61,710 nt of DNA from an uncultured Planctomycetia bacterium (GTDB lineage: Bacteria; Omnitrophota; Gorgyraeia; 2-02-FULL-51-18), in the NCBI GenBank assembly GCA_964402785.1, contig CAYODQ010000005.1:1-61710 (forward strand), written 5' to 3'. This document shows, piece after piece, positions 1-7,795 of the stretch (positions are counted from its first letter, which is position 1; every line of letters begins with the position of its first letter). Made by a program: the position numbers and the translations under genes. The notes beneath the pieces are model-generated. The model was not told the DNA's origin. It saw only the letters and a program-made list of their open reading frames with translations, and made no database searches.

Positions 1-28
1 TGCGGCTCCGGAGTCTCAACGACCGTAC

Positions 29-53
29 GAAAGCCTTCGGTTGACGGTTTACT
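29..53. repeat. 3' arm of a truncated AGTAAACC...GGTTTACT-bounded palindromic element at the window start
   Basis: GAAAGCCTTCGGTTGACGGTTTACT is the exact 25-bp reverse complement of 61663-61687; ends in GGTTTACT like the element at 35429-35583. Confidence 0.85.
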
Positions 54-74
54 GGGTGATATTCATAGACGGCT

Positions 75-136
75 GCATCCATGACTCGTTTTCACAGTAT
101 ATGAAAAGAATTCATCGTGGCGAAGACGAGTCTTGC
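75..136. ncRNA. Candidate structured motif, copy 1 (GACTCG/CGAGTC stem enclosing an ATGAA-loop-TTCAT hairpin)
   Basis: 37/43 nt identical (manual alignment of 75-116) to 35299-35341; both copies carry a downstream CGAGTC partner. Confidence 0.4.
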
Positions 137-281
137 TTAAGGCTCAAATGACGGAAAGCGCCCTCGGAGGGACGTTAAATCGACGAGCGAGGAGATTTCC
201 GAGCCCGATTTTTCTCGGTGGGGAAAATCGGGCGGTCCTGGAGAGGGTGCTTTCCGGCATTTGAGATTGAATCAAGACTCG
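127..281. repeat. Long imperfect palindrome H1 immediately 3' of folD
   Basis: Arms CGAGTCTTG/CAAGACTCG (127-135/273-281) and CTCAAATGACGGAAAGCGCCCTC/GAGGGTGCTTTCCGGCATTTGAG (143-165/243-265); apical GCCCGATTTT..GAAAATCGGGC. Confidence 0.85.
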
Positions 282-282
282 G

Positions 283-1110
283 CTATTTGGAAAGTTTATT
301 TTGGCGATTATGGAGACGAATGAGATTTTTGATCAGGGTGATGTTAGTGACGGGGCCGACACCGCCGGGGACTGGGGATATAAAAGATGCGCGAAGTTTG
401 GCGCTTTCGAAATCGACATCTCCCACGATCTTATTGCCCAGCATATTTTCACCCACATCGATGACGATGGCGCCTTTTTTGATCCATTCACCCTTAACGA
501 GATGTGCTTTCCCTGCCGCCGAGACCACGATATCCGCTCTTTGAATATGCGATTTGAGATCCCGCGTTTCTTTCTGACAAACCGTGACCGTTGCATGCCG
601 GTCCATCAAAAGCACCGCTGTGGGCTTGCCAACGATATCGCTGTGCCCTATCACAACAGCATCCAATCCAACCAAACTCTTATGCGTTGCATCCAAAAGT
701 GTCATGACGGCATTGGCTGTGGGCGAATAAACACCAAAATGACTTTTTAAAAAAGTGCGCCCCTCGACATCTTTTAGCGGATGGAGATTTTCAAAAACAT
801 TGGCATGGCTGATATGGCTGGGTAGCGGGGCGAACACCAGGATTCCGGTAATTTTTTTATTATCATTGAGAGAGGATATCTCGCTGATCAATTTTTTTTC
901 AGAAACTTTGGCGTTGAGCCATCTGGCTTCCAGGCGGATATCGATCTTGGCAAGCATCTTCTGTAAATACGTTTCGTAGACGCGGCTATCGGGCGCATCG
1001 CCGATACGTATGGTGGCAAGCGTCAGTTTGTTTTTTAAAGTTTTAAGTTCTCTCAGCGCAAGATCAAGCTCTTTGTCCGCCAATGCTTTGCCATTTAAGA
1101 TCACAGCCAT
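283..1110 (-). CDS. folD: Methylenetetrahydrofolate dehydrogenase (FolD family; cyclohydrolase residues substituted)
   Basis: KDVEG, GHSDIVGKP, DIVVSAAGK, IVIDVG, GDVDF, PVPGGVGPVT motifs. Confidence 0.95.
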   Translation of the reverse strand: MAVILNGKALADKELDLALRELKTLKNKLTLATIRIGDAPDSRVYETYLQKMLAKIDIRLEARWLNAKVSEKKLISEISSLNDNKKITGILVFAPLPSHISHANVFENLHPLKDVEGRTFLKSHFGVYSPTANAVMTLLDATHKSLVGLDAVVIGHSDIVGKPTAVLLMDRHATVTVCQKETRDLKSHIQRADIVVSAAGKAHLVKGEWIKKGAIVIDVGENMLGNKIVGDVDFESAKLRASFISPVPGGVGPVTNITLIKNLIRLHNRQNKLSK

Positions 1111-1634
1111 CAGCGCATCGCCTTTCTCATACGGGACACAAATGCTTTATCGGTGATGCTTTTAAGATTGATCTCCACATTCAGTGCGGCTGCGCGTATA
1201 GACGCTCTGAGCAAAAGCTCTGACTCCATAAGATCGCTTTTGAGCCACCTACTTGTATCCGCATACTCTGATGGCGTTTGTGATAAAGCTTGCTTCGCTA
1301 GCTGTATGATCTCAAAAGGCACTTGCGCTCCCACCTTCAAAGCTTTTTGATAGGCAGTCCCACGATCCCCCGATTTATAGATCTTGGATATAGATGCGAA
1401 CGCTTGGGCGTCTTTTTGCATGAGGCGTAGACATGTTTCGGTAGTTTTGCGCACTTTGGCTGCTTGTTTTAACTTGGCTGGATTTTTGCGGGCGTTAAGT
1501 CGCAGAACCATTTCATACAAAGACAATCCCAGGCAAGCGCACACAGCGGCGGCGGCTCCACCACCCGGAGCTGGATTTGCCGACCCTAGCTCGCGAAAGA
1601 AAGTATCGATCGGTAAACGCGATAGGCTCATCAA
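1110..1634 (-). CDS. fchA: Methenyltetrahydrofolate cyclohydrolase (FTCD_C/cyclodeaminase family)
   Basis: PAPGGGAAAA motif, SDL...ALNVEINL C-terminus; located between fhs and folD. Confidence 0.85.
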   Translation of the reverse strand: MMSLSRLPIDTFFRELGSANPAPGGGAAAAVCACLGLSLYEMVLRLNARKNPAKLKQAAKVRKTTETCLRLMQKDAQAFASISKIYKSGDRGTAYQKALKVGAQVPFEIIQLAKQALSQTPSEYADTSRWLKSDLMESELLLRASIRAAALNVEINLKSITDKAFVSRMRKAMR

Positions 1635-3304
1635 AAAAGACCTTTGGCAATTCCTTCGTCGGTGATATCCATATTTTCCAACATCGGATTGTCGGGCAGG
1701 CCTGGCATCAACATCAGCTTACCAGCGATAACGACGAGATAACCTGCGCCAGTGCGGGGCTGTATCTCACGGATTTTGATTTTGAAACCAGTGGGCGCTC
1801 CCTTAATATGTGGATCATCCGAAAACGAATAAGGTGTCTTGGCCATACAAATAGGCAGATGATCCAATTTGTTCTTGTGGATCATCTCCAGATCCTGCTT
1901 AGCTTTGTCCAAAAAGGTCACGCCGGAAGCACCGTACAACCCGGTGGCAACGCGCATGATCTTTTCTTCCACCGAAATATCAAGCGGATAGAAAGGTTTG
2001 AAGTTGGCCGGCTTATCGGTGATCGTTTTAAGTACCTTTTCCGCCAACTCTACTCCGCCTTCCCCGCCCAAACGAACCACTTCCGATACAGCGCACTCGA
2101 CGTTTTGAGAGCTGAGATAATCTTTGACGGTTTTGATCTCATCCGCCGTATCCTGTGGGAAGCGATTGATAGCCACTACGACGGGCAGGCCAAATTTTTG
2201 GATATTCTCAATGTGACGATCCACATTGGCCAAGCCTTCGCGGAAAGTATCGATCATTTTGCGCGAGCCCTGCGCTTCCTGTGCGTGTGACTTGATCGCC
2301 TTTATCGATACCACCAAGACGACCACGCTGGGCTTGATGCCACCCTCGCGGCAAACAATATCGAACATTTTTTCCATGCCTAGATCCGTTGCGAATCCGG
2401 ACTCGGTCACGACATAATTTGCCAGCTTAAGCGCCAGCATCGTTGACAAAAGACTGTTGTTGCCATGTGAGACGTTGGCAAAAGGCCCTGTGTGCATAAA
2501 CACCGGCTGACCCTCCAGCGTTTGCACGAGGTTGGGCTTAAGCGTATCTTTCATCATCAGCGCCATTGCACCGCTCGCCTTCAGATCTTTGGCGGTGATG
2601 AGATCGCCTTTGCGGGAGATCGCCACCGTTATTTTGCTGAGTTTGTTCTTAAAATCTTTGATAGATGTAGAAAGCCCGAGCGCCGCCATCACTTCGCTGG
2701 CCGCTGTGATATCGAACCCTGTTTTGTATTTGGGAAATTTACTGGCCTTGGAGACGCCCACAACGATCTCGCGCAATTGACGATCGCTGATATCCATACA
2801 GCGCCGCCATAAGATCTGGTTGGGATCGATATCCAGTCTGTTTCCATGCTGGATATGATTTTCTAAAACGGCCGCAAGAAGATTGTGAGCCACACCAATG
2901 GCATGCATATCGCCGGTAAAGTGAAGATTAATGTCTTCCATGGGCACTACCTGCGAATAACCGCCGCCCGTGGCACCGCCCTTAAAACCGAAGATCGGTG
3001 CAAGCGACGGCTCGCGCAGACAAAGCATCACTTTTTTCTTGAGCACTCCCAACGCCTGAGTAAGTCCGACGCTGGTGCAAGTCTTGCCATCGCCTTCCTT
3101 GGTCGGTGTCATGCCGGTGACGCAAATAAGCTTGCCTGGCGGGCGGCCATGCAGACGATCAAGGATCTTGAGGTCTACTTTTGCTTTGTAAGAACCAAAC
3201 GCCTCCAACTCATCCGCGCGGATACCAATGGAATTGGCAACCGCATGAATGTTGTGCGTCTTAGCTTTTAACGCGATCTCAAGTGTTGATGGAGCCTTGC
3301 TCAA
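1631..3304 (-). CDS. fhs: Formate--tetrahydrofolate ligase
   Basis: TPTKEGDGKT, LREPSL, KGGATGGGYSQVVPMEDINLHFTGD, GPFAN motifs. Confidence 0.97.
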   Translation of the reverse strand: MSKAPSTLEIALKAKTHNIHAVANSIGIRADELEAFGSYKAKVDLKILDRLHGRPPGKLICVTGMTPTKEGDGKTCTSVGLTQALGVLKKKVMLCLREPSLAPIFGFKGGATGGGYSQVVPMEDINLHFTGDMHAIGVAHNLLAAVLENHIQHGNRLDIDPNQILWRRCMDISDRQLREIVVGVSKASKFPKYKTGFDITAASEVMAALGLSTSIKDFKNKLSKITVAISRKGDLITAKDLKASGAMALMMKDTLKPNLVQTLEGQPVFMHTGPFANVSHGNNSLLSTMLALKLANYVVTESGFATDLGMEKMFDIVCREGGIKPSVVVLVVSIKAIKSHAQEAQGSRKMIDTFREGLANVDRHIENIQKFGLPVVVAINRFPQDTADEIKTVKDYLSSQNVECAVSEVVRLGGEGGVELAEKVLKTITDKPANFKPFYPLDISVEEKIMRVATGLYGASGVTFLDKAKQDLEMIHKNKLDHLPICMAKTPYSFSDDPHIKGAPTGFKIKIREIQPRTGAGYLVVIAGKLMLMPGLPDNPMLENMDITDEGIAKGLF

Positions 3305-4465
3305 TTACTTGCCCATGCCCACACGCTGAGCCTGCTGGAAGATCTTTCCTTCGGTTTTGATCGAAGGTGCGATGATGATCTCGGTAAGCTGAAGCTCGCG
3401 CACACTCTTGGCTCCGACATTGCCCATGCAAGTTTGCAAAGCGCCCATTAGATTTTGTGAACCATCGTCCAGCTTCGCCGGGCCATACAAGATCTCTTCG
3501 AGTGTGCCCGTGGTGCCCACATGAATGCGCGTCCCACGAGGAAGATTGGCATGCGGTGTCGCCATGCCCCAGTGATAACCACCACCCGGAGCTTCTTTGG
3601 TGCGCGCAAAAGCTGAACCCACCATCACCGCATCGGATCCGCAGGCAAACGCCTTACAAATGTCACCGCCGGTGGACATACCGCCATCCGCGATGATGGG
3701 AATATATTTTCCTGTATTCTTATAATAAAAATCACGTGCTGCGGCCGCATCACAGATGGCAGTGACCTGCGGAACTCCCAGACCCAACACGCCGCGCGTC
3801 GTGCAAGCGGCTCCGGGGCCTATACCGATCAAAACACCGGCGATCCCGGTTTCCATCAGCTCAAGCGTCGTGTCATAATTCACACAATTTCCCAGGATCA
3901 CAGGGATCTTCAAGGTCTTGCACAGTTTATGAAAATCCACCGTTTTGTATTCGGTAGAAATATGTCGCACCGTCGTGACGGTCGATTGAACCACAAAAAT
4001 ATCACAACCAGCATCCTGAGCGATCTTGCCGAACTTTTCTGCTTTTTGAGGGATACTCGACACACAAGCAACACCGCCCTTGGCTTTGATCTCACGCACG
4101 CGCTTGGCGATCAATTTTTCTTGCACGGGCTTGGTATAGATCGACTGAATGAGGCGCGTGGCTTCATCGGGTGTCGCATTGGCCATCTTCTTCAAAACAT
4201 CGTTGGGATTTTCGTAGCGGGTTTGAACACCTTCGAGGTTGAGAACAGCGATGCCGCCGAGCTTGGACATGGCGACTGCGAAATTGACATCCACCACGCC
4301 ATCCATCGCGGATGCGATGATAGGCACGCGGAATTTTCGTTTACCAACCTGCCATGAAGTGTCTACTTCATTGGGGTTGATGGTGACAGAGCCTGGCACC
4401 AATGCGATCTCATCAAATCCATAACAACGGCGCGCTTTGCGGCCCCGACCTATCCACTCACCCAT
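3305..4465 (-). CDS. guaB3: GuaB3-family IMP dehydrogenase (no CBS pair)
   Basis: GFDEIALVPG, GIGPGAACTTRGVLGLGVPQ, IIADGG, WGMATPH; start moved to MGEWIG at 4465. Confidence 0.9.
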   Translation of the reverse strand: MGEWIGRGRKARRCYGFDEIALVPGSVTINPNEVDTSWQVGKRKFRVPIIASAMDGVVDVNFAVAMSKLGGIAVLNLEGVQTRYENPNDVLKKMANATPDEATRLIQSIYTKPVQEKLIAKRVREIKAKGGVACVSSIPQKAEKFGKIAQDAGCDIFVVQSTVTTVRHISTEYKTVDFHKLCKTLKIPVILGNCVNYDTTLELMETGIAGVLIGIGPGAACTTRGVLGLGVPQVTAICDAAAARDFYYKNTGKYIPIIADGGMSTGGDICKAFACGSDAVMVGSAFARTKEAPGGGYHWGMATPHANLPRGTRIHVGTTGTLEEILYGPAKLDDGSQNLMGALQTCMGNVGAKSVRELQLTEIIIAPSIKTEGKIFQQAQRVGMGK

Positions 4466-4496
4466 ATCCAACTCCTTTTCTCTGTCCAAAGTTAAT

Positions 4497-4991
4497 TTAA
4501 AATTTTGTTTTTTGCTCAGGCGAAACATCCGTCAGCACATTGCTTGTGGCGCCCGTCGTAGCGTCCATCACACCACCCGCCACTTCATGTGCGGGCGCGA
4601 TGGGCTCCGTCACACCTTTCACTACGTCCCCAGCACCTTCCAGAACTTCTTGAACAGCGGTTCCGAGCGGCTTTTCCACTTCAGGAAGCGCTTCACCCGT
4701 CTTTGTGATCTTAAGGATCTTGATATCACCTTTGGTGTCTGTGAATTCAAAATCTACCAGGTCGTTGGTGTGGATATTTTTAAGCATATCCCCGGACGCT
4801 GCAAAGAATTCGGTGTTGGCTTCGCCTGAAAATCCTGCGATCGCTCCATGATGGATGGTCACCTGAGAATACACAGGGTCCACCGTGATGACCTGTCCTT
4901 TTGCGCTGTAATTTTTGGGCTGGGCTTCGGCTGCAAAAAGAACGGGTGAAAACATCGTTATGAGGAAGGTAAAAATAAATAACTTTTTCAT
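4497..4991 (-). CDS. Exported CusF-like (OB-fold) protein with C-terminal extension
   Basis: Signal peptide; KGQVITVD..VTIHHGAI...TEF resembles CusF/Cu-binding domain, but the Met ligands are absent. Confidence 0.55.
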   Translation of the reverse strand: MKKLFIFTFLITMFSPVLFAAEAQPKNYSAKGQVITVDPVYSQVTIHHGAIAGFSGEANTEFFAASGDMLKNIHTNDLVDFEFTDTKGDIKILKITKTGEALPEVEKPLGTAVQEVLEGAGDVVKGVTEPIAPAHEVAGGVMDATTGATSNVLTDVSPEQKTKF

Positions 4992-5090
4992 GATCTCTCC
5001 AAGGCTTTGAAAGTGTTAGTTAGAGCTTAAACTTAATGATAGGCACAGTATATTAGCAAATGAGCAGGACTAAGGACAAGTCATTTGCAG

Positions 5091-5723
5091 TCAGGTGCTT
5101 GAGGAAATATCCCAGCTCAGCCGAACGCCGCTGTCTTTGAGCCATTTTTTATACACAGCGTGACCCGGCATAGTTTTTTCGACTAGGCTCCAAAATCTCT
5201 CTGAATGGTTCAGCTCTTTCAAATGCGCCAGCTCGTGCACGACCACATAATCAATAATTTCCATCGGAGCCATCACAAGCCTCCAACAAAAACGAAGCGT
5301 TCCATGCGGTGTACAGCATCCCCAGCGGCTTTTGGCGCTCGATAAAGACAGTGAACGATAACGGACGCCCATGACGGGCGCAAACAGTTGGCAGCGCTGG
5401 GTGAAAATACGAAACGCTTCTTCTTTGTACCATTTCTCAAATAGCTTGCGCGCCCTTGTTTGGTGTTTAGCCGCTAAAATAAATCGATCTTCAAACAAAA
5501 ACTTACCAAACATATCCCCCGCGATATGCAAATCGTATTCACGCCCAAGAAACAAAAACTGCTCGCCTTCAATGAATCGATGCGGCTTAAACTCTTCCGC
5601 ACGTAGCCGCATTTTTTGGGTCGCACGCTCGATCCAATCGGATTTTTTTTGAATGAAGTTTTTAATTTGACTGTCTTTTAAAAAATACGGCGCCCGCACA
5701 ACCAGCACCCCATCCGGCTGCAC
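5091..5723 (-). CDS. YgjP/DUF45-like M48 family metallo-hydrolase
   Basis: RWGCC, DYVVVHELAHLKELNHSERFW motif; the true start is probably upstream of 5723. Confidence 0.9.
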   Translation of the reverse strand: MQPDGVLVVRAPYFLKDSQIKNFIQKKSDWIERATQKMRLRAEEFKPHRFIEGEQFLFLGREYDLHIAGDMFGKFLFEDRFILAAKHQTRARKLFEKWYKEEAFRIFTQRCQLFAPVMGVRYRSLSLSSAKSRWGCCTPHGTLRFCWRLVMAPMEIIDYVVVHELAHLKELNHSERFWSLVEKTMPGHAVYKKWLKDSGVRLSWDISSST

Positions 5724-5763
5724 TTGCAGAGCCAGGGATCTGCGTTTAGAGCGAATGATCCGA

Positions 5764-6084
5764 CTAGATGGAAGATTTATGGGGATCCCCCTCCGGGACG
5801 GCTTGCAAAGGCTGTATTTCTATCGAACCCTCAAGGCAAGACGGAAGCACCTGAAACAACTTTTGGATATGGGTAGATCTGAGATGCCGATCCAGAGACT
5901 CTTTGGAGTCCCACTTCTCGATCATATAAAAAACACGGGGGTTATCAATAGACCGGTGAAGCCCGTATTTGATACAGCCCTTTTCGGCATGCGTGGGCGC
6001 GATTGCCTCTCGTATCACTTTTTCAAACTGAGCTTCCGCACCGGCCTTTGCGGTTGCCTTGGCGATAACAGTAACGGTTTGCAT
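5764..6084 (-). CDS. Antibiotic biosynthesis monooxygenase (ABM/quinol monooxygenase) family
   Basis: EKGCIKYGLH...FYMIEKWDSKESLDRH pattern; start MQTVTV. Confidence 0.9.
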   Translation of the reverse strand: MQTVTVIAKATAKAGAEAQFEKVIREAIAPTHAEKGCIKYGLHRSIDNPRVFYMIEKWDSKESLDRHLRSTHIQKLFQVLPSCLEGSIEIQPLQAVPEGDPHKSSI

Positions 6085-6097
6085 AAAATCTCCTCGG

Positions 6098-6544
6098 TCA
6101 GCGGAGCGAGCGGCCTTTGGCGGCTTCACCTTGAAGCACCGTGAGTGTACAGCTCAACTTCGCAATGAGTTTGTTTTGATCATCATGAACTTCGCATTCG
6201 GACATGCCCATGGTTTTTCCTCGTTGCACCACCCACGCTTTGGCAGTGAGTGTCGATTTCCAGACAGGCCTCAAAAAATTACATTTAAGCTCCACCGTGG
6301 CATACGTCTCACCTTCACGGCACGTGGTTGCAAAAGCCGAGCCCATCGCCGCATCCGCTAGGTCGCAAATAACGCCCCCGTGCAGCGTACCGATCATGTT
6401 TCCGTAGCGCTCGTCTACGGGCATTTGCATCGTGACACGACCCTCAGAAACTTCAGTGACTCGCATGTCCATAAGCTTGGCAATGGCCGGGCCTTTTACC
6501 TCACCCTTCTGGTAAGCCCTGATCAGATCTATTGGTGCTGACAT
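6098..6544 (-). CDS. PaaI family hotdog thioesterase
   Basis: NMIGTLHGGVICDLADAAMG, TVELKCNFLRP. Confidence 0.92.
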   Translation of the reverse strand: MSAPIDLIRAYQKGEVKGPAIAKLMDMRVTEVSEGRVTMQMPVDERYGNMIGTLHGGVICDLADAAMGSAFATTCREGETYATVELKCNFLRPVWKSTLTAKAWVVQRGKTMGMSECEVHDDQNKLIAKLSCTLTVLQGEAAKGRSLR

Positions 6545-6766
6545 TCATCCCTCCGCTTTAAAATAATCTCTCACGAAATCGATCTTATTTCCCTGAATTT
6601 CGATCACGCCGTTCTTGACCGTGCCGCCACAACCCAATTTTGATTTGAGTTCTTTAGCAATACGCTCTAGGCGGTCTGTGCCGTAAGTATGTAAACCGGC
6701 AATGACCGTGATCTCCTTGCCGACCCTTTTCTCAAGACGTATCTTTGGCCGCGGCGACTCACCCAT
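6545..6766 (-). CDS. SUI1/YciH translation initiation factor-like protein
   Basis: [30 protein letters not shown]. Confidence 0.9.
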   Translation of the reverse strand: MGESPRPKIRLEKRVGKEITVIAGLHTYGTDRLERIAKELKSKLGCGGTVKNGVIEIQGNKIDFVRDYFKAEG

Positions 6767-7190
6767 AAAACTCCAATGCTTTCCGGCGCTTATCCTGTTC
6801 GTATTTACGCCTTTTCTGAGCCAGCTCCGCCTGCTTCACTTCCTTGAACTCCGGGAGCTTCAAAATCTTGCTTTCAAAATCTCTACGCCGCGACAAAGCG
6901 GACGCATGATACTCGACTAATTTTTCGGATTTCTCTGCTGGTGATAAGCCGGCAAGTGTCCGTATAAAAGCTATCCGGTCTGACCTCTCTTTTACTTCGA
7001 ACTTCACCCTTTCTGCAACTCTTGGCTGAGTTTGACTCAGTATATCAAGATCGAAGGCGGCATCCGCTTTCTTTTGCTCTGCAATAAACACCACTTTCTC
7101 CTGCGGTGTAGGTTTGGCGAATGCTGTGCCGCATAGCAAGGTGAATATGGCGGTAAAAAAGCTAAGAAAGCGTGCCAAGCGATCAACCAT
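6759..7190 (-). CDS. Hypothetical exported helical protein
   Basis: Signal-peptide-like N-terminus; overlaps the neighbouring genes operon-style. Confidence 0.7.
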   Translation of the reverse strand: MVDRLARFLSFFTAIFTLLCGTAFAKPTPQEKVVFIAEQKKADAAFDLDILSQTQPRVAERVKFEVKERSDRIAFIRTLAGLSPAEKSEKLVEYHASALSRRRDFESKILKLPEFKEVKQAELAQKRRKYEQDKRRKALEFYG

Positions 7191-7191
7191 T

Positions 7192-7407
7192 TTAATCCCG
7201 AAAAAAATATAAGGCGGCCGTCAATACTGCGCCGACAGCGTAAATCGCCATTGTGTTGGATACGAGGTACGGAAACACACATAAAGTGACCCCCAAAAAC
7301 ATCGTTTTGTAAGCACCTGTTTTTTTGCCGTACACAAATGCAACAAACCCGACAGAGCCAAAAAGGATGCCACCTATTAAATTTGGGGTCGAAAAGTCCA
7401 TATGCAT
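7192..7407 (-). CDS. Small membrane protein (3 TM)
   Basis: Hydrophobic 71 aa; FVYGKK pattern seen in small conserved membrane proteins. Confidence 0.7.
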   Translation of the reverse strand: MHMDFSTPNLIGGILFGSVGFVAFVYGKKTGAYKTMFLGVTLCVFPYLVSNTMAIYAVGAVLTAALYFFRD

Positions 7408-7416
7408 AATATTATA

Positions 7417-7425
7417 TGGTATAAT
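7417..7425 (+). promoter_or_regulatory. Extended -10 promoter (TGnTATAAT) for the 7472 gene
   Basis: TGGTATAAT in an AT-rich divergent spacer; GGGAGG SD before ATG 7472. Confidence 0.5.
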
Positions 7426-7471
7426 ATGAGAAATAGGGTAATTGTTAATTAATCAATAAGGGAGGATCCAA

Positions 7472-7780
7472 ATGGCAGACTTTTTTCCACCCGGGTTTTG
7501 GAAGGTTACGGTTATGGCTACCATGGTGGTTCTATCGGTTCTGGGAGTGGATCTTCTCCTGGGTTCCCGGCTTATGATGTTCCTAGGTCATAGCATGAAC
7601 AAGAAGATACATATTGACCAGCTGGTCGTAAATGCCCTATCGGCTTTTCAGAAGAAAAGCAACCGAGAATTTGATACCGAAGCGTCTTTGGTCAAGGGGC
7701 TTGGTCGCCTTGCTGTGAGTGGTATCATATTTCTTTGTGTTTATTTGATGTTCTCTCAATTGCTTCCCAAGGTGAACTAA
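7472..7780 (+). CDS. Hypothetical membrane protein (2 TM)
   Basis: Strong SD, two hydrophobic segments. Confidence 0.75.
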   Translation: MADFFPPGFWKVTVMATMVVLSVLGVDLLLGSRLMMFLGHSMNKKIHIDQLVVNALSAFQKKSNREFDTEASLVKGLGRLAVSGIIFLCVYLMFSQLLPKVN

Positions 7781-7795
7781 GCAAGGTTTTACTGC

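Noticed and set aside
5091-5723. M48/YgjP as part of a type I restriction-modification defence locus
   Set aside because: No hsd or other defence genes nearby.
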